Part shown: positions 1 through 11,316 of the stretch, piece after piece
Numbering within the stretch: position 1 is the first letter of the stretch
Layout of the letters: each line of letters begins with the position of its first letter
Assembly (NCBI GenBank): GCA_009103225.1
Contig: RHPI01002119.1
Coordinates: forward strand, 62,001-126,000
DNA from: Chlorokybus atmophyticus
Lineage: Eukaryota; Plantae; Mesostigma and Chlorokybus algae
Length of the DNA: 64,000 nt
Reading direction: 5' to 3'
Made by a program: the position numbers and the translations under genes
Notes under the pieces: model-generated
The model's input: only the letters and a program-made list of their open reading frames with translations
The model's database searches: none
Told to the model about the DNA's origin: nothing

Positions 1-14
1 CGAAAGTAGTTTGC

Positions 15-1748
15 CTACCCCAAGAATGATCGCAATTGATGGATATTCTTAGGTAGAGGCCAATCCTTTACCACTTGCACTTCGCGAGGGTCAGGTTTGA
101 CACCCGCACCACTCACATTATGCCGTAAGAATGGCAATGTCTTGCAAAAGTCACACTTTGACAAATTGGCAAACAAACGATGTGTACGCGGCAAGGCAAA
201 CACCGCTTCCAAGTGCTGCTTATGCGCTTCCTTGGTTTTACTAAAGACAATGATGTCATCCAAGTAAACCATAACATACTTGCCAAGTATGCCACCAAAA
301 ATCTTATATAGTTCCTTCTGAAACACTGCGGGCGCATTAGTCAATCTAAAAGGTAACACTTTGTATTGGTAATGGCCCGAAGGTGTTCTAAATGCTGTCC
401 TGTAAACATCAGAAGGATGAATCCGGATTTTATGATACCCACTTGTCAAGTCTAACGTACTAAAGTACGCATTTCTCGACAGTATATCAAACACATCATC
501 AATCCGGGGCAACGGGTATCGATTCTTTACCGTGATTTTGTTCAAAGCACGGTAATCCACACACATGCGCAGCTTTCCATTCTTTTCAGCACAATCAAAA
601 CTGGGCGCGAAAAAGGGTGAAGAACTCGGTTCAATCAATCCCTTTTCCAATAACTCTTTGATTTGAGTTTCCATTTCTCCCCTCTTTCGGAGGCTCAGCC
701 TATATATAGGCCGAAACGGAGGTTTTTTATTAGGAACGAGTGGTATTGTGTGTCCGACACCTTGATCAGGAGGTAAGCCTGGCAACTCATCTGAGAACAC
801 ATCTTGATATTTCTCAATGATGTATGCAACACCTTCTGTATTTCCTGGCACAAAGTCGTCCGACGGCGTCCAGTGTACCAGAAAGGCCGGTGTGTTTTCG
901 CGCAACGCACGTTTCACTTGCAGTGCAGTGAGTAGCGCTGGGTCGGGCTGCTTGTGGTCCAAGCTATGTGACCCGTTCACAGACAATGTTACACGCTTAC
1001 GACCTTTCTTTACTGCGTACAAGCGTGCGCCAGTATCCAACGTCATTTTGACATTCTCCTGCCATTCCTGACCTAATACCACATCAACACCTGATATGTC
1101 GATGGATACCACTATGAAAGTAAGAGTGGCATGATAATTACCAATCTTTATTTTCATTTTTATTTCCCCTTTCACTGGCAACGCACCCCCCGCACCGGTA
1201 GCTGAAAATGCAGAGGGTTTACACGCTATCTTGTTGCGCACAACCCATTGTTCCTCAACGAAATTGTGTGTTGCACCAGTGTCAATCAAAAACGAACTGT
1301 TTACCCCTTGCATTGTGCCACTAAATGTCCACAACAGAGGTACTACCCGTCCTTGAAATGTAGCAAAGAGTCCGTGACTAATGCGAGGGTTGAGTAAAAT
1401 TGCTGACAATCGCACTGTCCATGTTTCACGCTTGCTAAATTGCTTCGACACAGTTCCCCCTCGAGTGTATTTCAACCATGGGCCATGATATTTAGGCACC
1501 ATCACTACCACACTTAAGGTTCTGTGCTTACTTTGCAACTTGGTCAAAGTGTGCAACACATCGGTAAGCATGTTAAACTCCACATGTACCAACACACAAG
1601 CATTCTCTTCCACCTTTTTAACATCAAAAGGTGGCAACCTGTTATGTGCTTGCCATGCATGTGTCATTACATGCACTTGGGACAGCTTATTACACCAGTT
1701 TGCCACTAGTACAAGCAACTGGTTATCAACCACTTCTACATCAGTCAC
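15..1748 (-). pseudogene. Gypsy pol fragment (extra N-terminal domain, protease, reverse transcriptase), ending at a premature TAG
   Basis: DTG protease and YLDD RT motifs are present. The TAG at 15-17 interrupts the conserved FLGLANY motif, and the SP..SP region is eroded (SSSPFFAPSFDCAEK). Confidence 0.9.
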
Positions 1749-1757
1749 GGCGTAATC

Positions 1758-3281
1758 CTACTCAACTTTCTTGGCCTTGCCCTTCCCCTTAGTTGGGCAG
1801 TTCTTTGCGATGTGGCCAGGCTGATGACAGACGTAACAGGTGCGAGCAGCAGCAGGCATGGCACCACCAGCAGGTGCGCTTCTGGTAGAAGCACCAAATG
1901 CCTTCGCCTTTTTTGCCAGGTGTGCACTCGGATGAAAGAAACGCTTTCCTCCCACCCCTGGCGGCTTGGCCAAAACTGCCACATGTGACTTGTCCTGCAC
2001 CGTCGTGTCATCATTGTACAGGTACACGCTCAGCTTCTGCAGCTTAGCCAAGTCCTCTGGAACCCAAGGAAGTCCCGTTGCCATCACGGTGTTGTACTGC
2101 AGCTGATCACGCACACGCGCATCCAAGCCGCGCTTTTACAACTCAAACTGCTCGGCCTTGTCCATGGGCATGAGGCCGCTGTTTGCACGACCCACCAATG
2201 CCTGAAACTCCTGCAGATAGGTTGAGGCCGCCCGACCATTCTAGCGCAACTTGCTGAGTTTGTTGCGAGCCTGAGTAGCCGGGTCCATGCCACCATAGCG
2301 TTCCATCATGAATTGAAAAAGTGCCTCCACTGTCTTGGCAGCACCATCTTCTGTTTGCCTCGCCCATTCGGCGAGAGCATCAGATGGCATGAGCAACTCA
2401 GCAACAGCAATGTGCTCATTAACCGGGCGCTTGAGTGCCGTCAAGTAGTGCTCGACAGTGACCGCCCAGTCGTGAATGCTGACGTTGCCCTTAGGCTTGA
2501 ACTTCTCAGGCTTGTTCAGAGCTGTCACCGGCAGACCTGCTGATGCCCCAGCTGGCGAAGTAGCACCTGCCACCTGTTGGCGCAGCGCCACCAACTCAGC
2601 CTGCATGGCATCGAGGCGTGCCGTCTGCACTCGGCTCGTCAACTTGTCTTCCAAGTTAAGTCCCAAGTACCAGAACACATCCTTGCAACGCTGTGAGGTT
2701 TCCACTCCCAAGTTGGCCAAAGCCTCAAACGCCATTCGCTTGCCTTGGTAAGGGAGAGGCTTATCATATACGGTCATGATAGCTGCCACCTTTGGATCAC
2801 CTTCACCTCGCACGAGTGGCGGGATGTTGTTCGTCAGCTCATGTTTGAGCATGCGGATCACCACCTCCTTGCTTGCACGAGGGAGTGTGGCAAAGTCTGT
2901 CTTATAGCCATTACGAACCGTCTGCGCCCATGCATCCCATGTTTCTTGACGAAGCTGAGGGTGGACAGCAAGTAGAGCTTTACGCAGTGAGGCATACTTC
3001 TCAATGGCCCCGCCAATGACACTTTGTGTGTCCACTGCAGCTAGTCCACTTTGAGCAGACTGGTTGGGAGAAGCTTCGCTGTCTTGCTTAGCTCCTTCCT
3101 TCTCACTGTCAGTAAGCTTATAACTTTCACTCGTGTCAGAGTAGTTTACTTCCTCTTCACTCAATGGCTCATATGATGTGGACTTCTCCACATCATCCCC
3201 TCCTTGGTCAGACGTCTGCCCAAGAATACAAGCCGTTAATAGTAGAAGTGTGCAAGTGCACAAAACACCCAAGTTATGCAC
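1758..3281 (-). pseudogene. Gypsy gag with two internal stops and a C-terminal CCHC zinc knuckle
   Basis: ORFs 2241-3281 and 1758-2126 share a frame. Reading through gives KLSKLR*NGRAASTYLQEFQALV...FEL*KRGLDARVRDQL, a retrotransposon-gag LxQxG...YxxEF pattern. There is no ATG at the ORF start. Confidence 0.85.
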
Positions 3282-4060
3282 TGCAAAAGTGTTAAAATCT
3301 ATAGATTTTGTTTTATCAAGTTTGAAGTGTTTAACGTGGAGTATTCAGCTCAAACACCTTTCAACTAGACACTCACGTTGAAACAAACCGCACGCGAATC
3401 CATGTGGCGGTTCACAAGTTACAACTTGTCAAAGTTTTCACTTTGTACAACTAAGCTCAACCCACAATTGTAATTGACACACAGGGTGCCAAAATCTCGT
3501 TGAATCAACCCTACAGGCTGATATCAGCAAGTTGTGAGTTGTGAGCTTGATATCGGCCGCACAGAGTGACTCTGGCGGCCTCACCGCACTGACTGGCGGT
3601 AACGGCAGCCGATGTTGCCACCGGACTGCCTCACAAGGGTTGGTTTTGTGAATACAAATTCACACCCTTCACACTACCACGAATCCACGTGGTGGCAAGC
3701 ATACAAGCACAAGCACAAGCACAGTAATGTTGTCACATTATATCACATTATAATATGATGTGCTGGGCATGCAACGCTTGGGGGGGCTGCCTGAGTGGCC
3801 GCCTCCCCTTCACGCAAGCTAACAAGCCTGGCTAGGCAAGGCAGGGCTAGGCAAGCAAACTAGGCTAAGCTAGGCTAAGCACCAGCAGCAATTAGAACTA
3901 CTATAACAACAACAACAACAACAACAACAACTAGCTAACAACCACCACTACCCACCTTAGTGGGTAGCGGCTAGTTGCCGCCGCCGCTGCAGTCGCTGCC
4001 GCCTGCCGCCGCAGTCGCTGCCGCCTGCCGCCGCCCCTCCCACAAGCCCCTCGCCGCCCG

Positions 4061-4073
4061 CGCTCCGATACCA
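4061..4073 (-). promoter_or_regulatory. Primer-binding site complementary to the tRNA-iMet 3' end
   Basis: The minus strand reads ...GTTGCA-T-TGGTATCGGAGCG. The canonical PBS is TGGTATCAGAGC and directly follows an LTR-terminal CA. Confidence 0.65.
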
Positions 4074-4074
4074 A

Positions 4075-4453
4075 TGCAACGAGGAGGGGTGCTCCCTCCT
4101 CCCTTTAATCCCCTACACCAACACCACCACCAGCCACGACGCCCACGCCGCCGCCGCCAAGGGCAACTGCCGAAGCAGAAGATCCCCTGGCTATGGCAGT
4201 CGCTGCGTTAGTAGCGCCGTCATGCGGCTGGTATCGACATGAGAGACTCATGTCTCATGTCGATATCAGTGTTACAGATAAGTAACACTACATTAAGGCC
4301 TTAACATAAGTTAACGGCCCTAATATGGCTTAATAGGCTGTATAATCCCGTTGGGACCCTTACTTAATCCTAAATAAGGGCGGGGAACCTCTATGGAGGT
4401 AGCACACCGTTATAGTAACCCCGCCTTCACGGGAAAAACACAGCCCTAATACA
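4075..4453 (-). repeat. Putative 5' LTR of the Gypsy element
   Basis: The minus strand begins TGTATTAG and ends GTTGCA just before the PBS. It contains TGTAA and an 8-bp hairpin (4081-4101) next to the PBS. The partner LTR is outside the window, so the outer boundary is unverified. Confidence 0.4.
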
Positions 4454-5301
4454 CCCCCCCTTGATTTTCCGCGGGGGGGGGGTTTGTACAGGGGGGTTGT
4501 ATTCGCACAAATACGGTACTACAAGGGGGAATGCGGTATGACTGCGACTCGCAATTGGAACGACAATCACTATGTCGTCTAACTACATTTGATGCACGCA
4601 ATTTGCACGGGCCACAGTCCGTGGCATTAGCAGTGAAGCTGTACCAGATGTGCTTCGCGCGCCAAGCCTACACTGTACCTCAATTTGTCAGAAACATGCT
4701 ACCACTTTACGAGGTAGCTTTTGTCCCTCAGCGCGCCAGGAACGCGTATTGCACGTCATGATTGAATGCAGACGCCGATCCGTTGCCGATAAAGAGGCGC
4801 GTTGTGGCGTGGAAACAAAGCAAGTATGCGCGCCAAGTAGGGCTGGTTAGTAGCCAGTGGCTACGCTGGCAGCCCCACGCGGGACCTGCGTCAGGACCTG
4901 CGTATCGCGCCGTAAATTGGCGCGCATATAGCGACCTGCCATTTTACGTACACAATGATACGACCATCCCGGCACGGAGGCAAAACGCCACACGGGCGAC
5001 CTTTCCCAGTGCTCAATTCTTTACTCTCGCGATGGTACTGCGCCTAGTGCTGTGTCAGCGCGCTTGCGTGTGCATGCATCAAAACTTTGTGTTCATCAAC
5101 TTGTGTTGTGTTTGGGCTGGGTTGGCGTTTGGGCCAAAAGGCAGCAAGCCAGCCATGTCAACTTGATCTGCTGCTGGGACCGTGGTGCTGCGGCTGGGGA
5201 CGGGTTGTCGTTGGCATGTGTGAGTGTCTTGGTGTGTAGGAGTCAGTGTGCGTGTGTGTGGTGCCAAGGCGAAGCAGGCCACGAGCAGCTTGATCTGATT
5301 G

Positions 5302-6406
5302 ATGATGACGATGGCGCCGCCTGTGCTTGTTCGGCAAGGCAGGGTTGGGGCTGCTGCTGCAGCTGCTGCTGCCGCCGCCGCTGTCCCTGGGGGAGGAGGA
5401 GCAGGAGGCCCAGCGGGTGGTGGTGGTGTGGTGAGCTTGGGGTTGGGGCTGGGGCTACCTGGTGGTGTAGTCGGGCGTGCCGCCGCCGTTCATGCTGCGG
5501 AGGAGCTCAGGGCGCAGCTGCTGGTGCGTAGCCTGCTAGCCAGCGCCGCCGGTGGAGGCGAGCTGGAGCTCCCGCGCAAACTCGACGAGCTGTTCTTCCA
5601 CGTCCGCCGCCTGCACGCCCTCGGCCACGTCCACACCCCGGACTATCGCATTGCCTCCCGCGCTCTTTACCTGCTCATGTCCTCCTCCTCTCCCCACTCC
5701 CCGGCGGCCGCCCCAGCCGGGCCCCCGCCCTCCTCCCCAGAACCCTCCCCCACACCCCCAGACAAGGCGCCGCCCGCCTCCCCCACCCAGTCCACTGCCC
5801 TCAAGCGTCCCCTCTCCCCAGACGACGCAAGCCACTCTGAGCAGCAGCTATCTCCATGTCAACGACAGCAACAACTGCAACAACAACAACAACAGCAACA
5901 GCAGCTACCACAACAGCAACAGCAGCAACCACAGCAACAGCAGGCATTGCTACAGCAAGAGCAAGTTGCTCAGCAGGTTGGTGGCGGCGGCGGCGGCGGC
6001 GGAGGAGGATGTGGACGCCAGCGCTTGCTGCTTGAGCTGGGAGACAGGCTGCTCATGATCACGCACGACCTGGACTCCACTATTGGTAAGTTGGTTGCAC
6101 ATGTTGTGCACTCTGTGCTAGCCACTGTTTCTACATTGACAAGTACAATGTGTGTACACAGGGGAGCTCAAAGCAGTAGTGTCTGCAAAGGCAGTGAAGC
6201 GAGGGCTTCCACCCGCAGCTCACTTGGCTCTTCGCATAAGCGAGGCTGCTGGAGACGACGGTCTCGCCATCATGGATGATGATGACACCCTTCGTGAGCT
6301 CGCCCTCCCCCGAGACTCCCGCATTGGCCTCATTCACGAAGACGTGTATGAGGCTTACAGGAAAAACCTCGCTGCGGGCTCCCCGGCTCGCCGCACCACT
6401 CCTTAA
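5302..6406 (+). CDS. Unknown protein with polyA/G/P/Q tracts and a probable C-terminal ubiquitin-like fold; join(5302..6085,6162..6406)
   Basis: A GT-AG intron at 6086-6161 joins the two ORFs in frame (TIG|ELK). The C-terminal STIGELKAVV...DDDDTLRELAL resembles Ubl patterns. Confidence 0.6.
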
Positions 6407-7330
6407 GCAGGTGTGTGTCTGTGTGAGTGGGCTGTTGAGGCTTGCCTTGCTTGTTTCACCTGGACTCATGGTCGGTTACGTTATACTCGTTGCAGGCGAG
6501 TCAGCCCAGCTTGTAGTATAGTATACCAGTAGACTACCAAGGAAACTGCTAATCATAGCTCACCCGCAAGTATGGTGAAACTTGAGCGTACAACACGCTG
6601 TATGGTGCTTCAAGACCATCTTTTCAGTCACCCGTGAAGCACCATCCTCATATTAGGTACCACAATGGTCTTCATGTTGGCATTTGCTCAGTCATGGACT
6701 TGACTCCATGTGTGGCTGGTGCTGACAGTGCTTCCTGTGTGACAGGTGTGACTGCTGGCGCTATGCATAGCTCAGTGCTACTGACTCACAGAGTCTGTAG
6801 CACTGCGCTATATCTGCCTGCACTGTGGTCTGCTCATTCTGCCAGGACTGCCGTCTATTAGTTCTCCTGGCCCACTTTTGATCACGTATAGGGTGGTTTA
6901 TACCTATATGACAGCTGCTTACCTGTTTGGGGTTAGGTTGATTACAGGGTGGGCTGGCAACCATTACCTCTACTATTGACAGTGACATATATACATGCAG
7001 TTGATTACCATGGGCGGACAAGGTGCAAATATGCGGCTTGAAGGTTGCCAGTTGTTTTGTATTTGATGCATGGAGACTGTTGATGCATGTCCGCAAACCA
7101 CTACGCTTTCAGATGTTTGTGCATATTAGTGCTCACATGCAGCATGGACACAACGTAAAGTGTGAGCAGTATGCCAGAAGTTATCCCGCAACTACTTGTT
7201 CAGGGAAGGTAGAAAACTGCCTGCTGGTGATACCGCATCACACAGCACCCATAGCCATGCAACATTGTGCGATTTCCAACTGACTATATTCACTACCTGT
7301 GCAACATGGTTACACTGTTCCCTTCCACGC

Positions 7331-7605
7331 GGTGTCTATCATTTGTGCACAATACCAAGTTGATTCAAAAGCAAACGGCATAACACATAACATCCTGAAA
7401 TCATGACGCAACCAGCAACATCATAATGGTGTCTATCATTTGTGCACAATACCAAGTTGATTCAAAAGCAGATGGCATCACACACAACGCAACCAGCAAC
7501 ATCATAATGGTGTCTATCATTTGTGCACAATACCAAGTTGATTCAAAAGCAGATGGCATCACACACAACATCCTGAAATCATGACGCAACCAGCAACATC
7601 ACAAT
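7331..7605. repeat. Tandem triplication (97, 81 and 97 bp units) overlapping the p31comet stop codon
   Basis: The unit ggtgtctatcatttgtgcacaataccaagttgattcaaaagc... starts at 7331, 7428 and 7509. The middle unit carries a 16-bp deletion. Confidence 0.95.
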
Positions 7606-9157
7606 GGCAAGCTGGTGGCTTGAAGTCCTTTAACAACAAAGCGGCACTGGTACCTGGCCAAACGACCCCACATCTCAATGCCAATGCATATCCAACAACC
7701 AAACCGATACGGTGAAGAGCTTTGTCTCAAAGATCCCTTGCAGAACAGACGTTGACATTGCCCCAACTCACCAGATGTAGTCGGTTGCAGTGACGGGCGG
7801 CTGCTGCGCGAGCGCTCGGAAAAGTTGAGGGTCCTGTAACGATGCTCGTATCTTCCACGCAGATGACTCCGTAGGGGACCTCAAGTCTATGTACACAGGT
7901 TCCATCTGCAGGAAAGGGGCTAAGTACAGCTCAGCAGTACAGCTCGCAGTGTGGTGCAAGGCGAAAAGTGTGACGCATCCACACGTTCTTGCAGCAACAC
8001 ACAAGAGGCATACAATGAGGGCATACCTTCCGGCACACGAGGTTGAACCCTCGTTTGGGCAGAAAGTTCTGAGGAGGCTCCTCGCACGCAGGCATCTCCA
8101 GCATCAGAAACAGCTTCATGCCCCCTGCATAATGTATTTGAAGTCTCTCCGTGCTTGCCGAGTCCTTGTGCTGCCCAAGTAGCATGCAATGTTGCCATGA
8201 GAGTGCACCTTTACTGGTAGATACAGGTGAAGTGGCCACACCTTCACTGACCAATGCTCGAACAAACTGCGTGCCCACAACGGTGACCTGAGAGCTTGTC
8301 ACAAGATGTGTCAACCCAACATAACTCTCTCTTGGTCACCTTCTTGGCTGAGTCAACGAGTTTCTTGTGCGCGCGGGCAGCATCAGCGAAGTCAAGCTTG
8401 GGAGCGTTGCTGTCAGAGGTTGGGCCTAGCTTGAGGTGGTAAGCAGCACGGGGGCGGAGGGGGGAGGGGCCGAGCAGCAGCAGCACGGCGTTGACTCCCG
8501 AGTGTGCAAACAGTCGCGGGTCGAGGCTCTCGAGCATCGCGTCGAGGCCGGCCATGAACTTCGCTACCTTCCGACCCGCTATGCGCTGCCGCCTCTGCCG
8601 CACCCGCGCCTTTGCCTCCTCACGCCTTTGCTCCCGCAACTGTGCCCGCCTATTCACATCTACCTGAACACGCGCGCGTATATATAACAACGCGAACACG
8701 GTTGCACACTTCACCATCGTTCCTTTAACATGTGTGGATATTGACAACACACAAGCTGCATGCAAGACGAGTCACAATGTGTCACTCAAGCGTACTACTG
8801 TGTCGGGGGTGTGGCCACTGTCGTTGTCTTCGTCATGGGTGTAAGCGGCGTCGGCGTCAGCATCGCTGCCAGCATTGCCGTTACCGTTGCGCTCGACACC
8901 AATGAAAAGCTTCGACACGGCATGAGGGTTGCCCGCCTCGGCCTGCCCAGCAATCTTCTTCATGTCTTCATATACACTGTCAAGAATGCAAGTCACATGA
9001 AGCCACTTTGCGATGGTACTAACGCCCTACACCTTATAGACAATCAGTTGTACCCTGGCATTTGGGAGGTCATAAAGAGCACGTATTTGATCAGCTCTTG
9101 CACGATGTGCACGCACGACTCTGGTGTTCGGCCGGGGAGCGGCACGCTCACTTCCAT
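7599..9157 (-). CDS. MAD2L1BP: p31comet / MAD2L1-binding protein (HORMA-like), multi-exon
   Basis: Spliced translation: MEVSVPLPGRTPESCVHIVQELIKYVLFMTSQMPGVYEDM...VNAVLLLLGPSPLRPRAAYHL...MKLFLMLEMP...NFLPKRGF...DYIWYQCRFVVKGL. This matches remembered p31comet blocks (QxP..YE, LILLG, FLPKRxF, DYIWxQ). Confidence 0.85.
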
Positions 9158-9937
9158 ATTGTGTGGCAAGCACTACAACGACGTCTGTTTCTCTTGTCCA
9201 CGCTCTAAGTGTGCTCTCAGTCCATACAAGGCAGCTTGTCCTCTGTGAGAGTGCTGCTAATTCATGCAACGGCCAGCTGCCTTGACTCCAGCATCACCAA
9301 CGCCTGCACATTGCATATTTCATGTACTCAGTCAAGCGTGCAGCTGATTAAGCTTTAGCACGTGTAAAGCGCTTGTTTCAGGCTGACTGTCCGTTAGGAT
9401 TGCGTGTTTTGAGGTGAGGCATGCTTGGCAAGGGTGAGGCAGCGCATGCTTGTTGCTGGAAGAGGGTGTGACTAAGGCATATGCCACAACAAGCAAGCAG
9501 AAGCTGACATGCGCATTGCATGCCACAACGCGGCGAGAAGACAACACTTTACAATGATGATGATAGACTGCAAGCACAAGCGCTGGCATGCTTACACCCT
9601 CACGTGGAGAGTGGCCACTGCTGCTCCAGTCTGGCGATGCTGCGAATCTAATGCACCAGCAACGCCTTCCTAAAATGCAACAATGCCGACTGCAACAAGT
9701 ACCAGCGCTTGTCAATCGCCATCGCCACCGCCACCGCCGCCGCCGCCCACCACGCCCATAAGCACAATCATACCGCCGCTTCAGGCAAAGATTGTACGAC
9801 GTAACAAGGAAGGAAGCTTTGTCGGAATGGGAAGACATGCTATATGGAAGTCAGAATAAGGGCTTCCGTTGGCGGCATTGTCGTTGCGGTTGTTGGCGGA
9901 GGTGGCGGCGGCGTTGGCGGCGGGGAAGGAGGCGGGA

Positions 9938-11316
9938 ATGGCGGGGGTGGAGGATGAGGGGCCAGCGTCTTCTGGCAAGGTGATCCCGGCGTCGCGGAGG
10001 CCGGACGGGACGTGGCGGAAGGAGATCCGGGTGCGGGCGGGCTACGTCCCTCAGGACGAGGTGGCGGTGTACAAGAACAGGAGGGTCGCCGCCGCCGCCG
10101 CTGTCGCAGGGAGCCCTGTTCCCGGCCTGGCTGAGGAAGACGTCTTCAATCGCCCCGCCAGCAAATCCGCTCAGAAGAACCAGAAGCGGAAAGAGAAGCG
10201 CCACCAGCAGCAACCACAACCAACCTCCTCTTCAGCAGGCGCCCAAAGAGATCAGGTGTGCATGCGTGTGCGTACGTGTGTGCAATAACGCACATGTTGA
10301 TCCGCTTCATGCATGCATACACGCGGCGAAGCATGTATGTAGTGACTATGGGGAGGGTAACAAATGGGTGTTTTTATTACTCCAACGTAGCAGTTGACAT
10401 GCATTGGCGCACGAACGTGTGCACAACACCAATACCACACCAATAGTAACACCAGTAGTAACATGGGTCCAACTGCGAAAGTGTTAATGCAGCATGCAAT
10501 GTGGCCAGTACAACTTGTTGCTTCATGCCATCTGTACGTTGCTTTGCACAAACTTATTCTTGCAAAGCTGCTGCGTGAACACAACTAGAGCATGAATGGT
10601 GCGGTAGGAGATTGCCAAAACGATGGTATATGATACATAGAACCCATCAACAACCACGTCCAACTTGCAATATGCCTCAGCGTGGTTGTAAGCTGAGAAG
10701 GAGCTCATGCACACTCCCAGCCAGTGCCTGTACTATTGGTGATAACCAACCAAGCGACTTATGCTCTGCAGTAGGCTCAGCTTTGCTTCACAACTGTTGT
10801 ATCTGAAAACATAAATGCTTGCATCAATGCTTGTATCAATGCACGCGCATATACAGGACCGGTTAGCTGCGCCAGCGGATGCGGCGACAACAAGCAGCAG
10901 AAGCCACAGCCAGTCTGCAGAGCAGCAAGCGGCGCCTTCTGTTGACGCTGTCACCAAACAGCTATCTCAAACCAATATAAAACATGCAAACAACAACAGC
11001 CACGCCACCAACTCAACAAGTGACCCTGCGCACGATGCTGATACCGACCCCAAGATGCAGTTGGAAAAAGGCATACGTAACGTCAAGAAAAAGGTCGGTC
11101 AAGAGTGTGCATCGAACAATGGAACATCAACGATATTGTTGTTTGAGTTGGCTGACTGTGCTTTGGGGTGTGCAGATACGCCAGTGCGAAGAGTTGCGAG
11201 ACAAACTGGGTGTTGGGGCGAAGATGACCACGGAGCAGGAGAGCAAGCTGCGGAAGCTTCCAGAGTTGCAGAAAGAGCTGGCGGACTTGGAAGCGCGGCT
11301 CCAAGCGCTTTCGTGA
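9938..11316 (+). CDS. PYM1: Partner of Y14 and Mago (PYM1/WIBG), 3 exons
   Basis: Contains the Mago-binding motif [27 protein letters not shown], the [13 protein letters not shown] segment and a C-terminal coiled coil (KKKIRQCEEL...EQESKL). Confidence 0.93.

Larger units (their letters stand above)
1..4453 (-). mobile_element. Ty3/Gypsy LTR retrotransposon, decayed, cut by the left window edge (5' LTR-PBS-gag-extra domain-PR-RT-start of RNase H)
   Basis: One reading frame runs from 3281 to <15 with in-frame stops. It contains a CCHC knuckle (CYVCHQPGHIAKNC), an aspartic protease (FLIDTGATHNFV), RT motifs (LRMCVDYRALN, YLDDIIVFS) and LRSFLG*ANYFR, in Gypsy order PR-RT-RH. An iMet-type PBS lies at 4061-4073. 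Confidence 0.93.

Noticed and set aside
3215-3281. Signal-peptide-like start of the gag ORF (MHNLGVLCTCTLLLLTACILG), suggesting an env-like or secreted protein
   Set aside because: The ORF starts at GTG, not ATG. This is most likely open 5' UTR upstream of a mutated start (ACG TCT GAC CAA, possibly once MSDQ).
4229-4238. Plus-strand TGGTATCGAC as a second PBS
   Set aside because: Wrong orientation for the element, only a 7-nt match to the canonical PBS, and part of a hairpin arm.
7331-7605. CRISPR-like array
   Set aside because: The units are contiguous near-identical duplicates with no unique spacers, there are no cas genes, and the context is eukaryotic.
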